Source: Occultella glacieicola
GTDB lineage: Bacteria > Actinomycetota > Actinomycetes > Actinomycetales > Beutenbergiaceae
Length of the DNA stretch: 64,000 bases
Reading direction: 5' to 3'
Assembly (NCBI RefSeq): GCF_004353825.1
Contig: NZ_SMNA01000006.1
Coordinates: 372,001-436,000 of the forward strand
The translations under genes and the position numbers were made by a program. The stretch's first letter is position 1, and every line of letters starts with the position of its first letter. A model generated the notes under the pieces. It made no database searches and was not told the DNA's origin. It worked only from the letters and a program-made list of their open reading frames with translations. Positions 1 to 9,065 of this stretch are shown here, one piece after another.

Positions 1-336
1 TACCTCGCCGCCGACGTGTTCACCTCGACCGCCCGTCAGGAGACGTTCGGGCTCGTGGCCCTCGAGGCCGCGGCCGCGAGCCTGCCCATCGTGTTGCGGG
101 ACATCACCGTGTTCCGGGAGTTGTTCGGCGCCGATGGCGCCCTGTTCCCCTCCGACGCCGCCGGGTTCGCCGAGGCGATCGAGGCCCTCCGTCTTGACCC
201 GGGGGTGCGCGCCACCGCCGCCGCGAACGCGGAGCAACTGGCCCACCGGTACGGCGCCGAGGTGGTCGCGCAGTCGGCGGCCGACCTGTACCGCTCCGTC
301 CTCGGAGCACCGGCCATGGCCCGCGTGCGCGGCTGA
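1..336 (+). CDS. Glycosyltransferase family 4 (GT-B), 3' part; starts before the window
   Basis: Frame open from base 1: YLAADVFTSTARQETFGLVALEAAAASLPIV, the ExFGxxxxEA motif of GT4. Confidence 0.85.
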   Translation, partial: YLAADVFTSTARQETFGLVALEAAAASLPIVLRDITVFRELFGADGALFPSDAAGFAEAIEALRLDPGVRATAAANAEQLAHRYGAEVVAQSAADLYRSVLGAPAMARVRG

Positions 337-359
337 GGAGGACGCGCGGGCCGGACGGT

Positions 360-1484
360 TCAGAGCCGGCCGCGGACCGGTGTCCGCTCGGCCGGGTCAC
401 CTCCGTCGGGCATCACCATCTCGGCGCGCACCCCGAGCAGCCGCACCTCCCGCTCGGCGTCGAGCTCGGCGGCGAGGGCCAGGGCGGCGGCGACCACGTC
501 CGCGCGCTCGCGCGTGGGCGCCTGCAGCTTGCGGGCCCGGGTGAACGTGAAGAACGGGGCGTACCTGACCTTCAAGGTGACCCGGGTCACGGCCCGATCC
601 TCCGCGTCCGTGTCGGCGAACGCCTGCTCGGCCAGTTCGGTCACCGCCGCGGCCACCTGCTCCGGCGTGGTGAGGTTGCGCTGGTAGGTGGTCTCCCGGC
701 TGTGACCGCGGGCGATCCACGGGCTGTCGTCGACCTCGGCGGGGCCCTCGCCGCGGCCGAGGTCGTGATACCACCGGCCCATCCGGGGGCCGAACTCACC
801 GACGAGGAGGTCCTCGTCGGCGTCCGCGAGCTCGCGCACGGTGCGGATCCCGTGGCCGAGCAGTCGCTTGGACACCTTCGAGCCGACGCCCCAGAGCGCG
901 ATGGTGTCCCGGTCCCCCATCACCTCGAACCAGTTCGCAGCAGTCAGCACGAACATCCCGCGGGGCTTGCCGAAGTCCGTGGCGATCTTCGCGCGCACCT
1001 TGTTGTCCCCGACGCCCACCGAACAGTGCAGCTCGGTCGCGTCCAGGACGGCGGCGCGGACCCGGGCAGCGAACGTCTCAGGGTCGGCGAACATGCCCGG
1101 ATCCGCGGCGGGGGCACCGAGGAACGCCTCGTCCCAGCCGAGGACCTCCACGACCACACCGAGGCCGCGCAACGTCGCCATCACCCGCTCGGATGCCTCG
1201 TTGTAGGCGTCATGGTCCACCGGCAGGATGACCGCGTCCGGCACCTTCCGGGCGGCGATCCGCAACGGCATCCCGGACCGGGCGCCGAACTCGCGGGCCT
1301 CGTAGGAGGCGGTGGACACGACGGCGCGCTCGGTCGGGTCGCCCCGGCCGCCGACGATCACCGGCTTGCCGGCGAGCTCCGGCCGGCGGAGCACCTCGAC
1401 GGCGGCGATGAACTGGTCCAGGTCGACGTGCAGCACCCGGTGCTCGGTGGTGCCGGGCGTGCTGTGGCCCGGCTCGGCGCTCAT
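360..1484 (-). CDS. dinB: DNA polymerase IV, Y family (DinB2-type)
   Basis: HVDLDQFIAAVE, ASYEAREFG, GWDEAF, KxxAKIATDFGKP. Likely leaderless: AAGACT 6 nt before ATG 1484. Confidence 0.95.
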   Translation of the reverse strand: MSAEPGHSTPGTTEHRVLHVDLDQFIAAVEVLRRPELAGKPVIVGGRGDPTERAVVSTASYEAREFGARSGMPLRIAARKVPDAVILPVDHDAYNEASERVMATLRGLGVVVEVLGWDEAFLGAPAADPGMFADPETFAARVRAAVLDATELHCSVGVGDNKVRAKIATDFGKPRGMFVLTAANWFEVMGDRDTIALWGVGSKVSKRLLGHGIRTVRELADADEDLLVGEFGPRMGRWYHDLGRGEGPAEVDDSPWIARGHSRETTYQRNLTTPEQVAAAVTELAEQAFADTDAEDRAVTRVTLKVRYAPFFTFTRARKLQAPTRERADVVAAALALAAELDAEREVRLLGVRAEMVMPDGGDPAERTPVRGRL

Positions 1485-1550
1485 ACGTTCAGTCTTGCGC
1501 CGATGCCGGGCCTCTGTCACGCCCGCAGACGATGTTCGCCGCGTCGCCTG

Positions 1551-2522
1551 CTACCAGGCGTAGTCCTCCGGCGCCGTGCGGTGGCCGGGGAAGATCTCAT
1601 CCAGTCGCGCGAGCGCGTCGGCGTCGAGGGTGACGTCCACGGCCCGGACGGCGGAGTCGAGCTGGTCCTGCACCCGCGGGCCGACGATGGGAGCCGTGAC
1701 CGCTGCCTGGTGCAGCAGCCAGGCGAGCGCCACGTCCCCGGCCGGGTGGCCGAGCTCGTCGGCGAAGTCCTCGTACGCCTGCACCGCTTCGCGCCGGTCC
1801 TCGAGCACCTGGGCGGCCCGGCCGGTGGTACGGCGCACCCCGTCGCGCTCCTTGCGCAGCACGCCACCGAGCAGCCCGCCCTGGAGTGGGGACCACGGCA
1901 GGATGCCGAGGCCGTAGTGCTGCGCGGCGGGGATCACCTCGAGCTCGATGGACCGGGTGGCCAGGTTGTACAGCGACTGCTCCGAGACGAGGCCGAAGGT
2001 GTTCCGGGCCGCAGCGGCGGCCTGGGCCTGGGCGATGTGCCAGCCGGCGAAGTTCGAGGAACCGGCGTACAGGATCTTGCCCTGGGCGATCGCGACGTCG
2101 ACCGCCTGCCAGATCTCCTCCCAGGGCGTGTTCCGGTCCACGTGGTGGAACTGGTACAGGTCCACGTAGTCGGTCTGCAGCCGCTTCAGGCTCGCGTCCA
2201 GGGCCCGGCGGATGTTCAGGGCGGACAGCTTGCCCTCATTCGGCCAGTCGCCCATCTCCCCGTACACCTTGGTCGCGAGGACGGTGCGTTCCCGCCGTCC
2301 GCCACCCTGGGCGAACCAGTTGCCGAGGATCTGCTCGGTGATCCCCTCACCCTTCTTGCCGCCGTACCCGTTCGCGGTGTCGAAGAAGTTGATGCCGCTG
2401 GCGTGCGCGGAGTCCATGATGGCGTGCGCGTCCGGCTCGGTGGTGTGCGGGCCGAAGTTCATCGTGCCCAGGCAGATGCGGCTGACGGACAGGCCGGTGC
2501 GGCCGAGGTGGGTGTAATCCAT
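1551..2522 (-). CDS. Aldo/keto reductase
   Basis: LGRTGLSVSRICLGTMNFG, FDTANGY, LATK, DLYQFH, PWSPL. Confidence 0.93.
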   Translation of the reverse strand: MDYTHLGRTGLSVSRICLGTMNFGPHTTEPDAHAIMDSAHASGINFFDTANGYGGKKGEGITEQILGNWFAQGGGRRERTVLATKVYGEMGDWPNEGKLSALNIRRALDASLKRLQTDYVDLYQFHHVDRNTPWEEIWQAVDVAIAQGKILYAGSSNFAGWHIAQAQAAAAARNTFGLVSEQSLYNLATRSIELEVIPAAQHYGLGILPWSPLQGGLLGGVLRKERDGVRRTTGRAAQVLEDRREAVQAYEDFADELGHPAGDVALAWLLHQAAVTAPIVGPRVQDQLDSAVRAVDVTLDADALARLDEIFPGHRTAPEDYAW

Positions 2523-2653
2523 GTCACCCAGCCTTGCGCGCCCATGGCGGCGGCGCAACGTCGTCCACGGGCCGGACGTGCCCGCCACCCCGCCCGAGCC
2601 GACGATCGTGCATGATGGCGGCCATGCATCGACGCACGGCAGGCGGCCCCGAC

Positions 2654-3568
2654 GTGGCCACGATCAGGACCGAGTGGGAGATCAGGGACGAGCGGTTCCG
2701 TGGCATCGGTGGGGACCGCTTCGTCCGGGTCCTCTTCGACGGCGGCCGCTGGCTCGAGGGACCGGCGTACTCTCCCGCCTGGCGCTCGCTTCTGTTCTCC
2801 GACATTCCGAACGACCGGGTGCTGCGCTACGACGAGACGACCGGCGCCGTCGGGGTCTGGCGGGAGCCGGCCCACTACGCGAACGGACGCACGCTCGACC
2901 GGGCCGGGCGCATCGTCTCCTGCGAGCACGGGAGCCGCTCGGTCACCAGGGTCGAGCCGGACGGCACTCGCACGGTGCTGGCCGACGCCTGGGACGGCCA
3001 CCGGCTGAACAGCCCGAACGACGTGGTAGCCCGGGCCGACGGCAGCATCTGGTTCACCGACCCCAGCTACGGCATCGACACCGTCTACGAGGGACACCGG
3101 GCCGAGACCGAGACCGGAGGGTGCCATGTGTACCGGGTTGGGAGCGACGGCACCGTGGCCCGGGTGGCCGAGGACTTCGACCGGCCGAACGGCCTCGCTT
3201 TCAGCGCCGACGAGCAAACCCTGTACGTCACCGACACCGGGCGGCGGCACCTGCGTCGGTTCAGTGCGGGCACAGCGGGCGATGACGCCCCAGTTCTCAG
3301 CGGCGGCGACGTGATCGCGGAGTGCGACGCGGGCGGCTACGACGGGATCCGCGTCGACGCCGCGGGCCGGATCTGGGGCGCCGCCGCCGACGGCCTGCAC
3401 TGCCTGGCCCCCGACGGCACGCTGCTCGGCAAGCTGAGGCTCCCGGAGATCTGCTCGAACCTGACGTTCGGCGGACCGCGCGGGAACACCCTGTTCGTCA
3501 CGGCCACGAACACCCTCTACGCAGTGATGGTGAACGTCACCGGCGCGCGCTACCCGGCGGGCCGATGA
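2654..3568 (+). CDS. SMP-30/gluconolactonase family protein
   Basis: WLEGPAY, FSDIPN, LNSPND, WFTDPSYG, PNGLAFS, DGIRVD; GTG start inferred. Confidence 0.9.
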   Translation: MATIRTEWEIRDERFRGIGGDRFVRVLFDGGRWLEGPAYSPAWRSLLFSDIPNDRVLRYDETTGAVGVWREPAHYANGRTLDRAGRIVSCEHGSRSVTRVEPDGTRTVLADAWDGHRLNSPNDVVARADGSIWFTDPSYGIDTVYEGHRAETETGGCHVYRVGSDGTVARVAEDFDRPNGLAFSADEQTLYVTDTGRRHLRRFSAGTAGDDAPVLSGGDVIAECDAGGYDGIRVDAAGRIWGAAADGLHCLAPDGTLLGKLRLPEICSNLTFGGPRGNTLFVTATNTLYAVMVNVTGARYPAGR

Positions 3569-3601
3569 GCCGCTGAACCTCGGCGGCGCGGGACCGGCCG
3601 T

Positions 3602-4660
3602 TCAGGCGAACGTGATCTCGATCAGGTGCGGGACGTAGACGGACGAGTCGATGAAGGTCATGTAGGTGATCCTCCCGCCGTCGCGGGCGAACTCGGGGTG
3701 CTCCTTGCCGGCGTTGAACAGCGAGTCCGGCCGGGCCGACTCCGGGCGGAACACCACCTGCGGCTCACTCCATGGCCCCGTGATCGCCGGGGCGGTGCGG
3801 ATGACCAGCTGGTTCTCCCGCCGGTAGGTCGTCAGCGAGATGAACGCTCCGAGGTGCTCGTTCCAGGACGAGGACATCTCGTTCGGGACGTCCGAGAACA
3901 GGCATGCGGTCGGGGTGAAGGTCCGTCCCCACCGCGGCCGCACGTCCGGTCGCGCCAGGGTCGGCGCCTCGACCAGGTAGGAGTAGGCGGAGATGTCCTC
4001 GATGTCCTCGGGCCGGACCCGGGCCAGGTACATGTCCCCGGACGACTTCTCCTCGGGCTGGATGGAGCCCCACAGGTAGAGGTACTCGTCGTGCCGTTGC
4101 ACCCACACCCCGAAGCCGGGCTCATCGCCCTTCCACCACTCGTAGCTGCCGTCCGGTGCGGGCAACCGCTCGAAGTCGTGGTCCGGACCCGCCTTGGCCA
4201 CACCCATGCCGTCCAGGACGAAGGTCTCGAACACGTCGACCTCCTGATCCATGGTGATGCGGTGGTAGTAGAGGTACAACTCGTCGCCGACCCGGGCGCC
4301 GTGGATCGCCCACAGCCGCTGCCGTGCCCTGTGCTCGGGCGGGATGAACGGGATCAACTGGCGGGCCCGGGCACCGCCCGGCTCGGTGAGGTACCGGAAC
4401 TCGGTGACCCCGCTCGAGATGTCCTGCAACGGCACGATCGCCCCGGTGTTGGACAGCACCTCGGTGAGTTCGAACCCCCGGATGGAGTCGAACGGCCCCT
4501 CGATGGTGTCCCCGAAGATCCAGAACGTGGTGCCGTCGGCCAGTTCCACCGAGCTCACGGCGTCCTGGCCGGTGATGTCGACGTCGTTCCTCAGGAACTG
4601 GACACCGAGATCCCGCACCGTCGCCACCAGCGGACTGTCCGGCAGGTTCGGACCGGTCAT
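3602..4660 (-). CDS. DUF4185-like beta-propeller protein (possible glycoside hydrolase)
   Basis: G-Q-D...TFWIFGDT N-terminal motif, YLYLWG, YLARV, ITGPWSEP. Confidence 0.65.
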   Translation of the reverse strand: MTGPNLPDSPLVATVRDLGVQFLRNDVDITGQDAVSSVELADGTTFWIFGDTIEGPFDSIRGFELTEVLSNTGAIVPLQDISSGVTEFRYLTEPGGARARQLIPFIPPEHRARQRLWAIHGARVGDELYLYYHRITMDQEVDVFETFVLDGMGVAKAGPDHDFERLPAPDGSYEWWKGDEPGFGVWVQRHDEYLYLWGSIQPEEKSSGDMYLARVRPEDIEDISAYSYLVEAPTLARPDVRPRWGRTFTPTACLFSDVPNEMSSSWNEHLGAFISLTTYRRENQLVIRTAPAITGPWSEPQVVFRPESARPDSLFNAGKEHPEFARDGGRITYMTFIDSSVYVPHLIEITFA

Positions 4661-4667
4661 CGCCGCC

Positions 4668-6173
4668 TCACTCCCCCACGAAGCCGGGTCGCCCGTAGGC
4701 CTCGAGCAGACGCAGCCAGACCTCGCTCATCGTCGGGTAGGACGGGACCGCGTGCCAGAGACGGTGCAACGGCACCTCCCCGACCACGGCGACCGTCGCC
4801 GAGTGCAGCAGCTCGGAGACGTCCTGGCCCACGAACGTGGCGCCGACGAGCACCCCCCGATCGGTGTCGACGACGATCCGCGCCGTGCCCGTGTAGTCGT
4901 CGGCCTGCAGGGACCCCCCGGCGGTCTGGCCGATCTCGTAGTCGAGCACCCGGGTGTTCAGACCGGCCCGCTGCGCGGCGGCCGCGGTGAGCCCGATCGA
5001 GGCCACCTCGGGGTCGGCGAACATCACCTGCGGCACGCTGCGGTGATCGGCCGTGGCCACGTGGGCACCCCAGGCCGCGTCCTCGACCGCCCGGCCCCGG
5101 GCGCGTGCCGCGATCACGTCGCCGGCGGCACGGGCCTGGTACTTGCCCTGATGGGTGAGCAGAGCCCGGTGGTTCGCGTCACCGACCGCGTACAGCCAGT
5201 CGATCGGGGCGTCGCCGGGCCCGAGGACCCGCAACGTGTCGTCGGTGGGCAGCCAGTCGCCGTCACGGAGCCCGACGGCGTCGAGGCCGAAGTCGTCCGT
5301 GCGCGGTTCGCGGCCGGTCGCCACGAGCACCTCGTCCACGGTGAGCGTGCCGCCGTCCGTCAGCGCGAGGGTCACCTCGCCGCCCGCCTCCGGGCGGGTC
5401 ACCTCGTCGACACTGACGCCGAGGCGCACGTCGACCCCGGCCTCGCGCAGCCCGGCGCCGACGAGTTCGGCGGCGAAAGGTTCCTCCTTGGCGAGCAGGC
5501 CGCTGCGCACCAGGAGCGTGACCCTCGCGCCCAGGTCCGCGTACGCGGTGGCCATCTCGACGGCCACCACCCCGCCGCCGATGATGGCCAGCCGGCCGGG
5601 GATCTCCGTCGCGGACGTGGCCTCGCGCGAGGTCCACGGGCACGCGGCCCGCAGGCCCGGCGTGTCGGGTACCGCGGCGCGCGACCCCGTGCAGACCGCG
5701 ACGGCGTGCCGAGCCCGCACCGTGCGGACGGTGACCTCGCTCGCGTCGTCGCCGGCCGCCGTCGGGGTCCTCACCTCGACGAGCCGCTCGCCGACCAGGC
5801 GCCCACGCCCACGAAGCAACTCGATGCCCGCGGAGGCCAGCCACTCGACCTGGCCGGAGTCGTCCCAGTCGCTCGTGAACGACGTGCGCCGCGCGAGCAC
5901 GGCGGCGACGTCCAGTGGGCCGGTGACGGCCTCCTTCGCGCCCGCGACCCGCTGCGCGGCCCGACGGACCGCTCCGCTGCGCAGCAGTGCCTTCGACGGC
6001 ATGCACGCCCAGTACGAGCAGTCGCCGCCGACGAGTTCGTGCTCCACGAGCAGGACGCTGAGTCCGCCCTGGACCGCTCGGTCGGCGACGTTCTCCCCGA
6101 CCGCGCCGCCGCCGATCACGATCAGGTCGTACTCCGGCTCGTCCCGGTCCTGCGTGGCACCCTGCTCGGACAT
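4668..6173 (-). CDS. Pyridine nucleotide-disulfide oxidoreductase (dihydrolipoamide dehydrogenase-like)
   Basis: IVIGGG FAD loop, GGDCSYWACMPSK redox disulfide, IIGGGVVAVE, YAVGD, dimerisation domain. Confidence 0.9.
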   Translation of the reverse strand: MSEQGATQDRDEPEYDLIVIGGGAVGENVADRAVQGGLSVLLVEHELVGGDCSYWACMPSKALLRSGAVRRAAQRVAGAKEAVTGPLDVAAVLARRTSFTSDWDDSGQVEWLASAGIELLRGRGRLVGERLVEVRTPTAAGDDASEVTVRTVRARHAVAVCTGSRAAVPDTPGLRAACPWTSREATSATEIPGRLAIIGGGVVAVEMATAYADLGARVTLLVRSGLLAKEEPFAAELVGAGLREAGVDVRLGVSVDEVTRPEAGGEVTLALTDGGTLTVDEVLVATGREPRTDDFGLDAVGLRDGDWLPTDDTLRVLGPGDAPIDWLYAVGDANHRALLTHQGKYQARAAGDVIAARARGRAVEDAAWGAHVATADHRSVPQVMFADPEVASIGLTAAAAQRAGLNTRVLDYEIGQTAGGSLQADDYTGTARIVVDTDRGVLVGATFVGQDVSELLHSATVAVVGEVPLHRLWHAVPSYPTMSEVWLRLLEAYGRPGFVGE

Positions 6174-6293
6174 GTGCTTCTCCTCGGCGGATCGACCTCC
6201 GGGCCGCCGGCTCCGCCTCAGTCATCGACCGGCCCGTTCGCACCCTAGCCCGCGCCCCGCCGGCCCGATAGGTCAACCCGGTCCACCGAGCGT

Positions 6294-6714
6294 GGGTGTG
6301 CGTCATGGATGTGGTGTCAGCGCGTTGGTGCGGGTCAGCGAGTGTCTCCGGCGTGCTGTACACGATCAGATCCGGTCGGCGCGCAGGTCGGGAGGTTCTG
6401 GGGGGAGCGGGCTGTTGAGGCACGGGGTGGCTGGAGCGAGCACGTGCCTGTCGTGGGCGCTGGGTGCGTTCGGCCCGATAAGGGGGTGTGGTGCGCGCTC
6501 GCAGCGCCACACCCCGCTTCACCCTCGGCCGGTGCCCGCCCGTTCGGGTCCCTTGTGGTGTGATCGCGACGTGTCGGGCGCGTCGTTGTCGCACCGTTAC
6601 GGTGTCGCGGCCCTGGGGCGAGCGAGGAGGAGGGTGGGCCTGGGGTGCGGCATGCCCAGGGTCGAGGTGGGTGCGCGTCATCTGATGGCACCACCACACA
6701 CCTGACGCACACCC
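6294..6714. mobile_element. Putative non-autonomous miniature inverted-repeat element (MITE)
   Basis: Terminal IR GGGTGTGCGTCA (6294-6305) / TGACGCACACCC (6703-6714), extending to 20/23 identity. Flanks ACCGAGCgt (6285-6293) and ACCGAGCag (6715-6723). No credible ORF inside. Confidence 0.65.
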
Positions 6715-6802
6715 ACCGAGCAGGCCCCGATGAGCCGGTGTCGGCACGTCCCGTTACGCTCGGGCCCATGCCAGCGACACTTCGCCGACCCTCGCCGATG
6801 CC

Positions 6803-7630
6803 GTGATCGAGTTCCGCGGTGTCGGGAAGCGCTTCGCAGACGGGACGGACGCCGTCATCGACTTCAGCCTGGTGATGCCCTCGCACCGGGTGACCGTGCT
6901 CGTGGGGTCTTCGGGCTCCGGCAAGACGACGATCCTGCGGATGATCAACCGGATGGTCGACGCCACCGTGGGCACGGTCGAGATCGACGGGGAGGACGTC
7001 GCCACCCTCGAACCGGTCCAGCTGCGACGCCGGATCGGCTACGTCATGCAGAGCGGCGGCCTGCTGCCGCACCGCCGGGTCCTGGACAACATCACGACCG
7101 TGCCGCGGCTCAACGGGATGGGCCGCGCCGAGGCCGACGAACGCGGACTGTCCCTGATGGACACCGTCGGTCTCGACCGCACCCTGGCCCGGCGCTACCC
7201 GCATCAGCTCTCCGGCGGGCAGCAGCAGCGGGTCGGGGTGGCCCGCGGGCTCGCCGTCGACCCGAACATCCTGCTCATGGACGAGCCGTTCGGTGCGGTC
7301 GACCCGATCGTGCGCGCGGACCTGCAGGCCGAGTTGCTGCGGCTGCAGCGGGACATCGGCAAGACGGTCGTGTTCGTCACCCATGACATCGACGAGGCGT
7401 TCCTGCTCGGGGACCAGGTCGTGATCCTGTCCACCGGTGGTGTGATCGCCCAGCAGGGCACGCCGGCCGAGATCCTCGCGAACCCGGCCAGCGACTTCGT
7501 GGCCGACTTCGTCGGCGCCGACCGCGGCCGACGGGCTCTGCGGGTCGTCGAGCAGGACGGAAGGCGGGTGGTGGTGGACGGGGACGGGCGGGCCGCCGGC
7601 GTGCTCACCGACGATCCGGCGGCCCGGTGA
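6803..7630 (+). CDS. Osmoprotectant (glycine betaine/choline-type) ABC transporter ATP-binding protein
   Basis: GSSGSGKT, LSGGQQQR, LLMDEPFGAVDP, VTHD; OpuCA/ProV-like. Confidence 0.92.
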   Translation: MIEFRGVGKRFADGTDAVIDFSLVMPSHRVTVLVGSSGSGKTTILRMINRMVDATVGTVEIDGEDVATLEPVQLRRRIGYVMQSGGLLPHRRVLDNITTVPRLNGMGRAEADERGLSLMDTVGLDRTLARRYPHQLSGGQQQRVGVARGLAVDPNILLMDEPFGAVDPIVRADLQAELLRLQRDIGKTVVFVTHDIDEAFLLGDQVVILSTGGVIAQQGTPAEILANPASDFVADFVGADRGRRALRVVEQDGRRVVVDGDGRAAGVLTDDPAAR

Positions 7631-8322
7631 ACTGGGTCGGCGCCAACCTCGACCTCGTCGTCGAGCTGACGTTGACGCACGCGCGGCTCAGCATCGTCCC
7701 GATCCTGGTCGGGTTCGTCGTGGCCGTACCGCTCGGGGTGTTCGCGTGGCGGTTCCGCTGGGCCAGGGGGGTGACACTGACCGTGGTCGGCCTGCTGTAC
7801 ACGATCCCCTCGCTCGCCCTGTTCGTGCTCCTGCCGCCGATCATCGGGATCAGTTTCCTCAGTGAGCTCAACGTGACGATCGCCCTGAGCATCTACGCCG
7901 TCGCCCTGATGACCCGGTCCGCGACCGAGGCACTGGAGTCGGTCGACCCGGCCGTCCGGGGCGCCGCGAACGCGATGGGCTATTCGGGGTGGGGCCGGTT
8001 CTGGGCGGTGGACCTGCCATTGGCCGGCCCGGTGCTGCTCGCGGGCCTGCGGGTGGTCTCGGTGAGCACGGTCAGCCTCGTCACCGTCGGGGTCCTCGTG
8101 GGTAGCCGCAACCTCGGCTACCTGTTCATGAACGGTCTGCAGCGTGGCATCGTCGCCGAGATCGCGACCGGGATCGTGATGACCGTGCTGATCGCGGTGG
8201 CGTTCGACCTGCTCCTCGCCCTCGTCGGGCGGCTCGCGATGCCCTGGACCCAGGGCGCCGGCGGTGGTCGCCGCTCCCGGCGGGTGGCCCGGCGGATCGC
8301 CCTCACGGAGGGCCCGACGTGA
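7627..8322 (+). CDS. Osmoprotectant ABC transporter permease
   Basis: YTIPSLALF, EAA-like loop AANAMGY; GTGA overlap. Confidence 0.9.
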   Translation: MNWVGANLDLVVELTLTHARLSIVPILVGFVVAVPLGVFAWRFRWARGVTLTVVGLLYTIPSLALFVLLPPIIGISFLSELNVTIALSIYAVALMTRSATEALESVDPAVRGAANAMGYSGWGRFWAVDLPLAGPVLLAGLRVVSVSTVSLVTVGVLVGSRNLGYLFMNGLQRGIVAEIATGIVMTVLIAVAFDLLLALVGRLAMPWTQGAGGGRRSRRVARRIALTEGPT

Positions 8323-9065
8323 ACCTGTTCCTGGACGCCCTCGCGTGGCTGACCGACCCCGAACGGGTCACCGGGCCCAACCCGTTGGCCGAGCGGATCG
8401 GCGAACACCTCTGGTACACGGTGCTCGCCCTCGTGGTCTCGGCCCTGATCGCCGTCCCGCTCGGTTACCTGATCGGGCACACCGGCAAAGGTCGCCAGCT
8501 GGCCGTTCTGGGCTCCGGTGCGGCCAGGGCACTGCCCTCGCTCGGGCTGCTCACGATCTTCACGCTGATCGTCGGCGTCGGGAACGCCCAGGTCGCGGCG
8601 ATCGCGGTGTTCGTGATCCTCGGCGTGCCCTCGATCCTCGCCGGCGCCTACGCCGGCGTGGAGGCGGTGGACCGCAGCGTCGTGGACGCGGCCCGCGCGA
8701 TGGGAATGACCGAGACCCAGATCCTGTTCCGGGTTGAGGCGCCACTGGGCCTGCCGCTGCTGCTCGGCGGTCTGCGCAGTGCCGCGCTGCAGATCATCGC
8801 CACGGCGGTCCTCGCGGCCTACGTGGGCCTCGGTGGCCTGGGCATCTACATCCAACGAGGAATCTCACTACGAACCTACGACGAGATGCTGGGCGGGGCG
8901 ATCCTGATCGTGCTCCTCGCCCTCATCGTGGACGCACTGTTCGCGATCGCGGAGCGGGTGGCCCGCCGGGCCATCGGCTCCGCACCGTCCCGTGGCCGTC
9001 CGCGCAGCGAACGTCCCGAACCACTCAGCACCGACCGGCAGTCAACACTGGAGGAGATCCGATGA
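8319..9065 (+). CDS. Osmoprotectant ABC transporter permease
   Basis: RALPSLGLL, DAARAMGMT, GLGGLG. Confidence 0.9.
   Translation: MNLFLDALAWLTDPERVTGPNPLAERIGEHLWYTVLALVVSALIAVPLGYLIGHTGKGRQLAVLGSGAARALPSLGLLTIFTLIVGVGNAQVAAIAVFVILGVPSILAGAYAGVEAVDRSVVDAARAMGMTETQILFRVEAPLGLPLLLGGLRSAALQIIATAVLAAYVGLGGLGIYIQRGISLRTYDEMLGGAILIVLLALIVDALFAIAERVARRAIGSAPSRGRPRSERPEPLSTDRQSTLEEIR

Noticed and set aside
1485..1550. SOS box upstream of the first dinB
   Set aside because: No TCGAAC-N4-GTTCGA-like dyad in the gap
702..2615. Long ORFs antisense or frame-shifted over real genes (also 4344-6248, 15327-17270, 15916-18036, 27389-29035, 53480-55618 and others)
   Set aside because: Shadow ORFs expected in high-GC DNA; Arg/Pro/Gly-rich or V/D/E/H-rich with no family motifs, and fully overlapping well-supported genes
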